This document shows, one piece after another, positions 9,127 through 17,328 of a stretch of 32,000 nt of DNA. The translations under genes were made by a program, and so were the position numbers. The stretch comes from Thermosulfurimonas dismutans (GTDB taxonomy: Bacteria > Desulfobacterota > Thermodesulfobacteria > Thermodesulfobacteriales > Thermodesulfobacteriaceae). Where the stretch lies: assembly GCF_001652585.1 (NCBI RefSeq), contig NZ_LWLG01000001.1, positions 150,001 to 182,000 of the forward strand, in the 5' to 3' direction. The number at the start of each line of letters is the position of its first letter. The stretch's first letter is position 1. The notes under the pieces are model-generated. The model was given only the letters and a program-made list of their open reading frames with translations, had not been told where the DNA came from and ran no database searches.

Positions 9127-10377
9127 ATGTCTCGCTTTACCCCCAGAGATCTGGACCGTAAAGTGTATGAGGCGGTCTTCACCGAAGGTCCGGAAAAGGA
9201 AAAGAGGCTCCTTGAGCTAAAGGGGTTTGCCAAGGAACTGGGGGCCCGACTGGCTTCCATCTATCCCCTTTATCGCGAAATGGCCCAGAAATTTCTGGGC
9301 TTCACTGTGCCGGCCATAAACATTCGGGGGATGACCTATGATGTGGCCCGCACCCTCTTCCAGGTAGCCAAAGAACTCAAGGTTGGAGCGCTCATCATTG
9401 AGATCGCCCGTTCTGAAATGGGTTATACCAAACAAAGACCCTTGGAATACGCTACCGTGATCCTCTGCGCTGCGGCTCGGGAAGAATTTCCGGGGCCGGT
9501 CTTTATCCAGGGAGATCACTTTCAGGCCAACCGCAAGGCCTATCTAGCAAATCCCGAAGCCGAAAAAAAGAACCTGAAAAACCTCATTCGAGAAGCTCTG
9601 GCGGCCGAATTCTACAACCTAGACCTTGACGCCTCCACTTTAGTAGATCTATCCCAAAAAACCCTTGAGGAACAGCAACGACCGAATTACGAGCTTACTG
9701 CTGAACTTGCGGCCTATGTACGTTCCCTTGAACCGGAGGGGGTTACCGTTAACCTGGGGGGGGAGATCGGTGAGATCGGGGGCCACAACAGTCGCCCAGA
9801 GGAACTCCGAGCCTTTATGGACGGCTTCAACCGTTGTTTTACGGAAAAAGTGGGACTTTCCAAAATTAGCGTCCAGACCGGCTCAAGCCACGGTGGTATA
9901 GTCCTCCCAGACGGCTCGGTAGCCAAAGTTCAAATAGACTTTGAAACTCTGAAACTCCTTTCAGAGATTGCCCGTCGTGAATACGGTATGGCTGGGGCCG
10001 TTCAGCATGGGGCTTCCACCCTTCCAGAAGAATATTTCGGAATCTTCCCGGAGGTGGGATGTGCAGAAATACACCTGGCCACCGGTTTCCAAAATATCAT
10101 CTTTGACCATCCGGCTCTTCCCAAAGATTTCCGCCAGAAGATTTATCAGTATCTCAAGGAGAATTTGCGAAACGAGTGGAAGGAGGGACAGAGCGAGGCC
10201 CAATTTATCTATCGCACCCGCAAAAAGGCCTTTGGCATATTTAAAAAGGAGTGGTGGGACCTTCCGGAAAAAGCAAAGAAGCCTATCCTAGAAACATTGG
10301 GGGAGACCTTCGCCAAAATCTTCAAGGCCTTAAAGGTTACGGAGACCCTTGACATGGTCAAACACATCATTGCTTAG
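9127..10377 (+). CDS. class II (metal-dependent) fructose/ketose-bisphosphate aldolase family protein, long form
   Basis: 416 aa. Class II aldolase landmarks are present (IQGDHFQ, GEIGEIGG, SSHGG, QHGAST). AGGAGG lies 7 nt upstream of the ATG. Confidence 0.8.
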   Translation: MSRFTPRDLDRKVYEAVFTEGPEKEKRLLELKGFAKELGARLASIYPLYREMAQKFLGFTVPAINIRGMTYDVARTLFQVAKELKVGALIIEIARSEMGYTKQRPLEYATVILCAAAREEFPGPVFIQGDHFQANRKAYLANPEAEKKNLKNLIREALAAEFYNLDLDASTLVDLSQKTLEEQQRPNYELTAELAAYVRSLEPEGVTVNLGGEIGEIGGHNSRPEELRAFMDGFNRCFTEKVGLSKISVQTGSSHGGIVLPDGSVAKVQIDFETLKLLSEIARREYGMAGAVQHGASTLPEEYFGIFPEVGCAEIHLATGFQNIIFDHPALPKDFRQKIYQYLKENLRNEWKEGQSEAQFIYRTRKKAFGIFKKEWWDLPEKAKKPILETLGETFAKIFKALKVTETLDMVKHIIA

Positions 10378-10801
10378 ATGGGGATCTTTCAGGAGAATAC
10401 ACGACCGCAAGTGTTCTTCCGATAATCAAAAGTAGAATAGCTCCGGCCCATAACATGGTATCAAGCCCTTCAATTTTGCCTTCGAAGATATACAGCAACA
10501 TCTCTCGAAGACAGAAGGCTATTACGACTTCCACCAAGATTTCCAGCCTAACCCTATCATGCTCAAAATAGTCCACAAAAGCTCTAACCAACTCCAAAAC
10601 CACTATTAGAGACAAAACATTGGTAATCAAATCCTTGAAACCCAATCTAATGGTGGGTTCAGTGATAGTAAGACTAATTTCAAAGAGCGTTCTAATGATA
10701 CCTACCACCAAAGCTATCAAAAGGGCAAAAATGATAACACAAAAAACAACATCGATTACCCAGCCATACATAACATGAAGCTTATTTTTTCTAGGCCTCA
10801 T
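10367..10801 (-). CDS. PsiE-like (phosphate-starvation-inducible E family) small membrane protein
   Basis: 144 aa with four predicted TM helices. The LELVRAFVDYFEHDRV... region resembles the PsiE family. Overlaps the pfk stop by 11 nt and the aldolase 3' end by 11 nt (convergent). Confidence 0.6.
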   Translation of the reverse strand: MRPRKNKLHVMYGWVIDVVFCVIIFALLIALVVGIIRTLFEISLTITEPTIRLGFKDLITNVLSLIVVLELVRAFVDYFEHDRVRLEILVEVVIAFCLREMLLYIFEGKIEGLDTMLWAGAILLLIIGRTLAVVYSPERSPSKQ

Positions 10802-12140
10802 TTTTCAACCTCCGCTGTCCTGTAGATTCTAAGACCGAGAGCCAGAAGCGGCTGTGAACGTTCACTTGTTTGCGTTTCTTGACGGCCTCGGAAAGGGGAA
10901 TGTGCACATAATGATGGTTCAGATAACTTATCATGAGGCCAGTCTTTCCGGCCATAGCTGCATGCACAGCATATTGCCCCAGGAAACCACAGTAGATCCG
11001 ATCATCCACCACGGCCGGGACACTGCGAATGATGTAACTGGGATCTATATAACGTACATAAACCTCGATACCCTTTTGTGAGAAATACTCCTTGATGCGA
11101 TCTCTAAGAAAGATTCCGATATCGCCGAGTTTAAGATTGCCGGAGGCGTCGTATTCGGGTTTTTCGCCCTGAACGTATTTCTGTCCGGCGCCCTCGGCTA
11201 CCACGATCACGGCGTGCTTGCGTTCGGCAAGACGTCTTTCGAGGGCTGCCAGCAACCCTCCGGGGCCTTCGAGATCGAAGTCTTCCTCCGGGATAAGGCA
11301 GAAGTTGACCTCTTTGGTGGCCAGGGTGGCCGCGGCTGCGATGAAACCCGAGTACCGGCCCATGACCTTGACCAGGCCGATTCCGTTCGGGGCACCGATG
11401 GCCTCGGTGTGGGCACAGCGAATGGCCTTGCAGGCCTCCTCCACCGCGGTCACAAAACCGAAGGTCCGCGAGACCAGCCAGATGTCGTTATCAATGGTCT
11501 TCGGAATGCCCACCACCGCGATCTTCAATCCCCGGTGGGCGATCTCTTCCTTGATCTTGGTAGCCGCCCGGAAGGTGCCATCGCCCCCGATCATGAAAAG
11601 GATGTTTACGTTCATGCGCTCAAGGGCATCCACGATCTGGTCGATGGGCTGATGTCCACGGGAGGTCCCCAGGAATGTGCCACCGAGTTCGTGAATCTGA
11701 GCCACCACCTCTGGGGTGAGCTCCACCACATCATGGCCATAGCTTGGAATGAACCCCTGAAGTCCGTATTTGATGCCATAGATGTGTCTCACACCGTAGG
11801 AATGATAAAGGGTCAACACGATGGAACGAATGACATCGTTTATGCCGGGGCAGAGGCCACCACAGGTGACAATGGCCGCCCGGGTCTTGGCGGGATCGAA
11901 ATAGATATAGGGCCTCGGGCCCGCAAGCTCTGCCGAGGGTATCCTTCCCTCCTTTTTAAAGGCCTCCCTAAGGGAACCCTCCGAGACCCTCAAAGAGACC
12001 CGCATATCATCGGTTATAAAACAGACCTCTGGAAGCCGCAGGGGATTTTCTATCCGGCACGGGCCGAGATTCTCGATCTCGGTATTAATCTCCTCGGAGA
12101 TCTCTTCTAGAAAGTCAGGAAGAATACAGGTATTCCGCAT
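10791..12140 (-). CDS. 6-phosphofructokinase (long, group III-like; phosphoryl donor ambiguous)
   Basis: 449 aa. PFK-A family motifs are present: TCGGLCPGINDVIR, MIGGDGT, GIPKTIDND and VMGRYSGFIA. The ATG lies 2 nt after the upstream SDR stop, and a GGAGG sits in the SDR 3' end. Confidence 0.9.
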   Translation of the reverse strand: MRNTCILPDFLEEISEEINTEIENLGPCRIENPLRLPEVCFITDDMRVSLRVSEGSLREAFKKEGRIPSAELAGPRPYIYFDPAKTRAAIVTCGGLCPGINDVIRSIVLTLYHSYGVRHIYGIKYGLQGFIPSYGHDVVELTPEVVAQIHELGGTFLGTSRGHQPIDQIVDALERMNVNILFMIGGDGTFRAATKIKEEIAHRGLKIAVVGIPKTIDNDIWLVSRTFGFVTAVEEACKAIRCAHTEAIGAPNGIGLVKVMGRYSGFIAAAATLATKEVNFCLIPEEDFDLEGPGGLLAALERRLAERKHAVIVVAEGAGQKYVQGEKPEYDASGNLKLGDIGIFLRDRIKEYFSQKGIEVYVRYIDPSYIIRSVPAVVDDRIYCGFLGQYAVHAAMAGKTGLMISYLNHHYVHIPLSEAVKKRKQVNVHSRFWLSVLESTGQRRLKNEA

Positions 12141-12142
12141 TA

Positions 12143-13060
12143 TTAACCTCCCTCTTTCGTAAAAAGATTCCTAATGGCTTCTTCGAGACGGGGATAGGAA
12201 AACTCGAACCCTAATTCAAGAAGCCTTTTGGGCCTGGGCCGGCAACTCGTGCTCAAAACCGTCCCGACTTCACCTAGAACGAATTTCAGGAGCTTGACCG
12301 GCAAGGGCAGGAAGGCCGGTCGTCTCAGGACGCGACCTAAGGTACGGGCAAACTCTTTCTGTCGCACGGCCTCCGGGGCCACCAGATTGAAGGGCCCCGA
12401 GGTCTCCTCCCGGCGGGCGAGAAATATGATGGCCGAAACCAGATCCTTCACGTGAATCCAAGGAAACCATTGGCGGCCATTCCCGATGGGGCCTCCCAGA
12501 CCAAGCTTGAAGGCTGGAAGCATCTTGAGCAGGGCCCCACCGTCCGGCCCTAACACGATTCCAAATCTTCCAACACAGACCCTGAGACCCCGCCTCTGCC
12601 ACTTTAAGGCCTCCGCCTCCCACTCTACGCACACCCGAGCCAAAAAGTCCTTTCCCGGGGGATGGGTTTCGTCTACGGCTTCCTCGCCGGTGTCCCCATA
12701 ATATCCTACCGCAGAAGCATTAAAGAGGACTCTACCCTCTCCCCCGATGAGAGCCTCTGCCAGGAATCGGGTTGAAAGCACCCGCGACTCAAGGATTAGC
12801 CGTTTGTATCCCTCGTTCCAGCGGTGGAAGATATTGGCCCCCGCAAGATTGATCCCGATTTCACACTTAGAGGCCTCCTCCTGCCACTCCCCGGGCACAC
12901 AGGCATCCCCGAGAACCGGCCGAACCTTTTCGGGAAGACGCGCGATCCTCTTGCGACTCCTCACCAGGGCCCAAACCTCATACCCTTGCTCCACCAGGGC
13001 CCCTACCAGATGGCGACCGATAAATCCCGTGCCTCCCACCACAAAGACCTTTGAGCCCAT
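12143..13060 (-). CDS. TIGR01777/SDR39U1-type epimerase-family NAD(P)-binding protein (YfcH-like)
   Basis: Rossmann motif VFVVGGTGFIGRHL plus a DUF1731-like C-terminus. I prefer the ATG at 13060 (MGSKVFVVGG), which follows a GGGGGA ribosome-binding site. The ORF-track start at 13099 adds 13 aa. Confidence 0.8.
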   Translation of the reverse strand: MGSKVFVVGGTGFIGRHLVGALVEQGYEVWALVRSRKRIARLPEKVRPVLGDACVPGEWQEEASKCEIGINLAGANIFHRWNEGYKRLILESRVLSTRFLAEALIGGEGRVLFNASAVGYYGDTGEEAVDETHPPGKDFLARVCVEWEAEALKWQRRGLRVCVGRFGIVLGPDGGALLKMLPAFKLGLGGPIGNGRQWFPWIHVKDLVSAIIFLARREETSGPFNLVAPEAVRQKEFARTLGRVLRRPAFLPLPVKLLKFVLGEVGTVLSTSCRPRPKRLLELGFEFSYPRLEEAIRNLFTKEGG

Positions 13061-13147
13061 AACTTCCCCCTTTCCGCTATTATAGACTTGACAGCCCACG
13101 AAAGGGAAGATTAAGTTTAATCAAACAATTGAAACTGAGAATCTATT

Positions 13148-14199
13148 ATGATTTCGAGCTATCTCGTAATACTGTGGCAAATGATACTTGAAAGTGCTCC
13201 CTATCTTTTGATAGGGCTGTTCATAGCAGGGCTTCTTAGGGCCTTTTTACCTCAGGAATTTCTGGCACGACATTTGGGGGACAACTCTTTAGGTAGTGCC
13301 TTTAAGGCCGCCCTGTTCGGTATTCCACTTCCGCTCTGCTGTTGTGGAGTATTACCCACAGCGGTCTCTTTGTATCGGCAGGGAGCTAGTCTTTCGGCTA
13401 CCTTTGCCTTCTTAGTAGCTACTCCTCAAACCAGCGTAGATGCTATCCTTCTGGCCTATGGACTCCTTGGAGGTATTTTCGCAATAGCTTACCCAGTTTC
13501 CGCCCTTTTCGGAGCTTTTTTGACCTCACTAGCCATGGTGATTTTTATTAAAAGTACGTCCAAGGTCCTAAGTCCGGTCTTTTCCTGTGCAATGTGTAAC
13601 GAAGAAACCCCACACACTCACCCCTTCGGAGAGAAAGTCACCTTTGCCCTGCAATATGCCGTAACGGAACTTTTTGCCGAGATAGCAAAACCCCTCCTTA
13701 TAGGATTCCTCGCGGCTGCTCTGGTAGCCCTGATATTGCCCCCTAATCTCGCTGAAAGCCTCTCAGCCCACGGCCTTACCTACCCGGCCATGCTTGTCAT
13801 CGGTCTCCCTCTTTACGTCTGCGCCACAGCCTCCATTCCGCTGGGATACGCCTTTTTACTTAAAGGTTTCAGTCCCGGAAGCGTCCTGGTTTTCCTCATG
13901 GCCGGTCCCGGAACCAACCTTACTTCTTTAAGCGTCCTTTCAAAGATCTTCGGAAAAAAGTAACTGGGATTTATCTCGTGGTCCTCTCACTTGCGGCTTT
14001 ACTTTCGGGAATCATCCTCGACAGTCTGGTAGGTGAAATTCGGCCAAAGGCCCTTACCCCAAAGCAAGAAACCCTTGGTTTCTTGCACTTCCTTGCCGCC
14101 TTAATACTCTTACTACTCTTCCTACACCATTTCATTAGGCAAAGACTTTTGGACAAGAAAAACCATGATCCCATCTGCGGTTGCGGCTGCGGAGATTAG
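13148..14199 (+). pseudogene. COG0701/ArsP-like metal permease, split by a frameshift in an A6 run (ORFs 13148..13963 and 13978..14199)
   Basis: The first ORF ends ...LSVLSKIFGKK*. The adjacent frame continues VTGIYLVVLSLAALLSGIILD..., which is the expected final TM helix. One extra A in the run at 13954-13959 would fuse the two ORFs. There is a membrane CCCG motif (PLCCCGVLP) and a C-terminal CGCGCG tail. Confidence 0.75.
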
Positions 14200-15362
14200 T
14201 CCACCACCGAAAAGCCCTCAAGCTTGTGCTTCCAAAAACCCGTAGCCCGAGGATAGATTTTGGCAAATTCCACCCTGAGATAACCATCTTCCCATCTCAC
14301 CGAACGGATTTCGATTCTCACCTGCGCGTGACGAAAATGGGCCAGCAGGGCTTGAAAGGCCTTCTCCGTACGGAATCGGGCCCGGAAAATCTCCGTCACC
14401 GGCTCGCCACCATCCACTTTATGAAGCAACTCCGAAAGACCCCCTAGCATCTTACGGCCCACTCTGGCCAGATCCTCTTCGGCCGGGCCTCCGAAAAGCT
14501 CCCACTGGCTTATGAAATACCTCACCAGCCGGTGAGTCACATATTCCGGGGGTACCTCTCCGAGATAAGGGAAAACCACCCGGAGATCCTCAAGGTTCGA
14601 AATGGGCGTCACATACTTGACGTAAGGGCCACCGGAAGCCGGCTTTAGGACTACCCCTTCACGCCCTTCGGCCTCATAGCGTCTAAGGAGTTCCTTGAGT
14701 GGAGAAAGTTCCCCGGGATCAAAGGGGCCGTTTATCTCGGGATGAGGGAACCCGTAAGTCTCAAGCAACTGGTATTTTTCCTTCGGGGGAAGCAATTCTC
14801 CCGAGGGCAGGCGCATGAAATCGAACACAAAAAACCGCACATCTTCCCTGATGTAAGGCGGCCATTCACTTACAAAGGGGTTCTCCGGGCCAGCAACCTC
14901 GGCACAGACACAGAGGTTGGGATAAGTTTCAAAGAATTCCTCAAGATGCGGCAAAAAATCTGGAAAACGATCGGTGGCAAAGGGACAGACGAAACCGCGT
15001 CTAGTTACAGCTAGGATCTCATCTTCCACCTTGAAAAGCCTTATGTTATAGCCCTCGATCTTTTCTTCGGCGTAGAAAAATCCGGAAAAATAGCGTGGAA
15101 CGCCGGCGGTGAGCCTGAAGATTCTCGGAATACGTGGGAAACCTGGCACAAAGAGATCCTTTGAGAAAACCGTCCCCTCAAGGAAGCCCTTAAAAGCCCG
15201 TCTTATCCGGAAAAGAGGCTTTGAGACCCCAGAAAGCGGAAGCACCCGTCCTTCTCTGAGGGCTTCCCGCCACGTCTCCTCAGGGAGCCTGCGCAAGAGA
15301 GAATTGTACTTCCAGATTTGGGAAAGTTTTTCCCACTGTTCCTCAAACAATCGGGGTTCCAT
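14196..15362 (-). CDS. ATP-dependent RNA ligase, Rnl3 / Pab1020 family
   Basis: 388 aa, collinear with the archaeal Pab1020-type ligase as I recall it. Nucleotidyl-transferase lysine motif EEKIEGYNIR (K101 by my count), plus TRRGFVCPF, CAEVAGPENP, EGREGVVLK, VKYVTP and a C-terminal ...GFSVVD. Confidence 0.85.
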   Translation of the reverse strand: MEPRLFEEQWEKLSQIWKYNSLLRRLPEETWREALREGRVLPLSGVSKPLFRIRRAFKGFLEGTVFSKDLFVPGFPRIPRIFRLTAGVPRYFSGFFYAEEKIEGYNIRLFKVEDEILAVTRRGFVCPFATDRFPDFLPHLEEFFETYPNLCVCAEVAGPENPFVSEWPPYIREDVRFFVFDFMRLPSGELLPPKEKYQLLETYGFPHPEINGPFDPGELSPLKELLRRYEAEGREGVVLKPASGGPYVKYVTPISNLEDLRVVFPYLGEVPPEYVTHRLVRYFISQWELFGGPAEEDLARVGRKMLGGLSELLHKVDGGEPVTEIFRARFRTEKAFQALLAHFRHAQVRIEIRSVRWEDGYLRVEFAKIYPRATGFWKHKLEGFSVVD

Positions 15363-16383
15363 TTACTATAACCTCGCCTGTTCTTCCTTCCTGGCCCCGA
15401 ATCTCGATTTTGGCCTCCGGGAGAAAGTGGCTTATGACCCAAGCGTTGGTCAGGAGATGGCGGGTGATTTTCGGAGTCACATAAAAGGTCTGGCCTTCAG
15501 CGAGAGCTGCCGGAAGAAGAATCTGATCCGCAAGATATTCGTCCACCGAAGCCCGGGCCCTCATGGTTTCAAGATAAGGCCGAACAGCCTCCTCAGCCAC
15601 CCTCTCAGCCGGTTTACCTCTGGCCCCTAAGGCAAAATAGCCGATCCTCTTGATCTCATCTTGGCCCCACACTCCCACAAAGGTTCCTGGGGAAGCACTC
15701 TTTACACTTTCAAGCCGAACCTCACATGCGAGACCGGCCTCCCTGAGGAGTTTTTCGGCCCTCTGGGCTTGGCGTCTTCGGATATGATCCGGAAGGTCCG
15801 AGGTCACCACCGAAAGCACGGAGGTGGCTTCGGGTGAAAAAGGAGGCTCAAGTCTGATACCCGATAAGGTCTCCAGGGGCCCAATTTCAGCCAGAATCTC
15901 ACCTCCACCTACGGGATAGAAACCGTAGCGCCGGATCTCAAGCCTTGCCGAAAATCCCATGGCCGAAAGCACCGGCAGGAAGACCTCCGCGAGATAGTGG
16001 AAGCACGGACTCATCGGTACGTGGGTTCCCCCGCGTAGGATGAGGCGTCCACCGCCGGCGATGGCCAAAAGCAGATAGAGGGTCTGAAAGAGAAGGCCAG
16101 TGGCCCCGGCGGTCCCAATGTCAAAGGTATAGGCCCCAGGACGGAGCCTTCCGGGGACGAATAGCAGGTCCATGGAGCCCCTTTCGGCCCCGGAGACCTC
16201 GGCTTTCCCAAGGCGGGCCGCGGCCTTCACACAGGCCAGATGTTGCGGTCTGAGACCGGGTTTAGGACGTCCGGCCCGAATGTTTATCAGTCGAAAAGGC
16301 TTCTGGGTAAGAAGTGAAAGGGTAAGAGCGGTACGAAGAATCTGCCCCCCACCCTCACCGTAAGAACCATCGATGGTCAACAA
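15343..16383 (-). CDS. rtcA: RNA 3'-terminal phosphate cyclase
   Basis: 346 aa with the RtcA N-terminal signature IDGSYGEGGGQILRTALTLS and PGLRPQHL. TTG start 6 nt after a GGAGG. The 3' end overlaps the RNA ligase start by 20 nt. Confidence 0.92.
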   Translation of the reverse strand: MLTIDGSYGEGGGQILRTALTLSLLTQKPFRLINIRAGRPKPGLRPQHLACVKAAARLGKAEVSGAERGSMDLLFVPGRLRPGAYTFDIGTAGATGLLFQTLYLLLAIAGGGRLILRGGTHVPMSPCFHYLAEVFLPVLSAMGFSARLEIRRYGFYPVGGGEILAEIGPLETLSGIRLEPPFSPEATSVLSVVTSDLPDHIRRRQAQRAEKLLREAGLACEVRLESVKSASPGTFVGVWGQDEIKRIGYFALGARGKPAERVAEEAVRPYLETMRARASVDEYLADQILLPAALAEGQTFYVTPKITRHLLTNAWVISHFLPEAKIEIRGQEGRTGEVIVNGTPIV

Positions 16384-16386
16384 GGC

Positions 16387-17328
16387 CTACCTCCGGTGAC
16401 AGGCCACCATATGTCTCGGGCCTATCTCCCGAAGCTCTGGAGCAGTTTTTCGACAGATTTCCACGGCCTCCGGGCAACGAGGATGGAACACGCACCCCGG
16501 GGGCAGACGCAGAAGGCTGGGAGGTTCTCCGATGGTCTGCGGCCCCTTTCTCTTCCTACGCCCCGGAACGGAAGAGAGCAAAAGTTCCGTGTAGGGGTGG
16601 AGCTTGCCATTCAAAAAAACATCCCGCGGGCCGATTTCCACGACCTCTCCAAGATACATCACCCCCACACGATCACTCATGAAAAGGACCACCGGAAGAT
16701 CGTGGGAGATGAAGAGATAGCTCAAACCGAATTGATCCTTTAGGTCCTTGAGGAGGGTAAGGATCTGGGCCTGGACGGAGACATCCAGAGCCGAGGTCGG
16801 TTCATCGAGCACGATGACTCTAGGCCGGGAGATAAGAGCCCGGGCCAGAGCCACCCTCTGCCGCTGGCCTCCAGAGAGTTGATGGGGAAAACGCGGAAGA
16901 ACATCCGCCGAAAGCCCTACCATTTCGATCAGTTTTTCGGCTTCCTCACGGGCCGTCTTCCGGTTGACTCCCTGAAGCCTCAAAGGCTCGGATACCAAAT
17001 CCTCTATCTTTTTGCGGGGATTTAGAGAGGCCGCTGGATCCTGGAAAACCGCCTGAAACTTGGGCCGCAAACGCTTCCGCTCTCCACGAGCAAGAGTCCA
17101 AAAATTATGGCCCAAGAAAAGAACCTCTCCAGCATCTGGGGCCTCAAGGGCCAGGGCAATCCTCGCAAGGGTGCTCTTGCCGCAACCGCTCTCTCCCACC
17201 AGCCCTAAAACCTCGTTTTCAAAAAGACTCAAACTAACCCCTCTCAAAACCCGCAAGCTCTCCCCCCGACCGAAAAACCGGCGCAGACGATAACTTTTCT
17301 CCACCCCTTTAAGTTCCAGAACCTTCAT
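16387..17328 (-). CDS. oligopeptide/dipeptide-type ABC transporter ATP-binding protein (OppF/DppF-like)
   Basis: Walker A GESGCGKST, signature LSGGQRQR and Walker B VIVLDEPTSALD. The Opp C-terminal extension carries four Cys. The ATG at 17328 forms an ATGA overlap with the OppD-like stop. Confidence 0.9.
   Translation of the reverse strand: MKVLELKGVEKSYRLRRFFGRGESLRVLRGVSLSLFENEVLGLVGESGCGKSTLARIALALEAPDAGEVLFLGHNFWTLARGERKRLRPKFQAVFQDPAASLNPRKKIEDLVSEPLRLQGVNRKTAREEAEKLIEMVGLSADVLPRFPHQLSGGQRQRVALARALISRPRVIVLDEPTSALDVSVQAQILTLLKDLKDQFGLSYLFISHDLPVVLFMSDRVGVMYLGEVVEIGPRDVFLNGKLHPYTELLLSSVPGRRKRKGPQTIGEPPSLLRLPPGCVFHPRCPEAVEICRKTAPELREIGPRHMVACHRR

Noticed and set aside
11214-12110. Long plus-strand ORF (298 aa) antisense to the phosphofructokinase gene. 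Similar long antisense ORFs occur at 1812..2450, 15109..15630, 18064..18645, 20071..20511 and 30901..31503.
   Set aside because: Each lies fully inside a confidently identified gene on the other strand. Their translations are low-complexity and rich in R, G and P, with no recognisable motifs. These are shadow ORFs.
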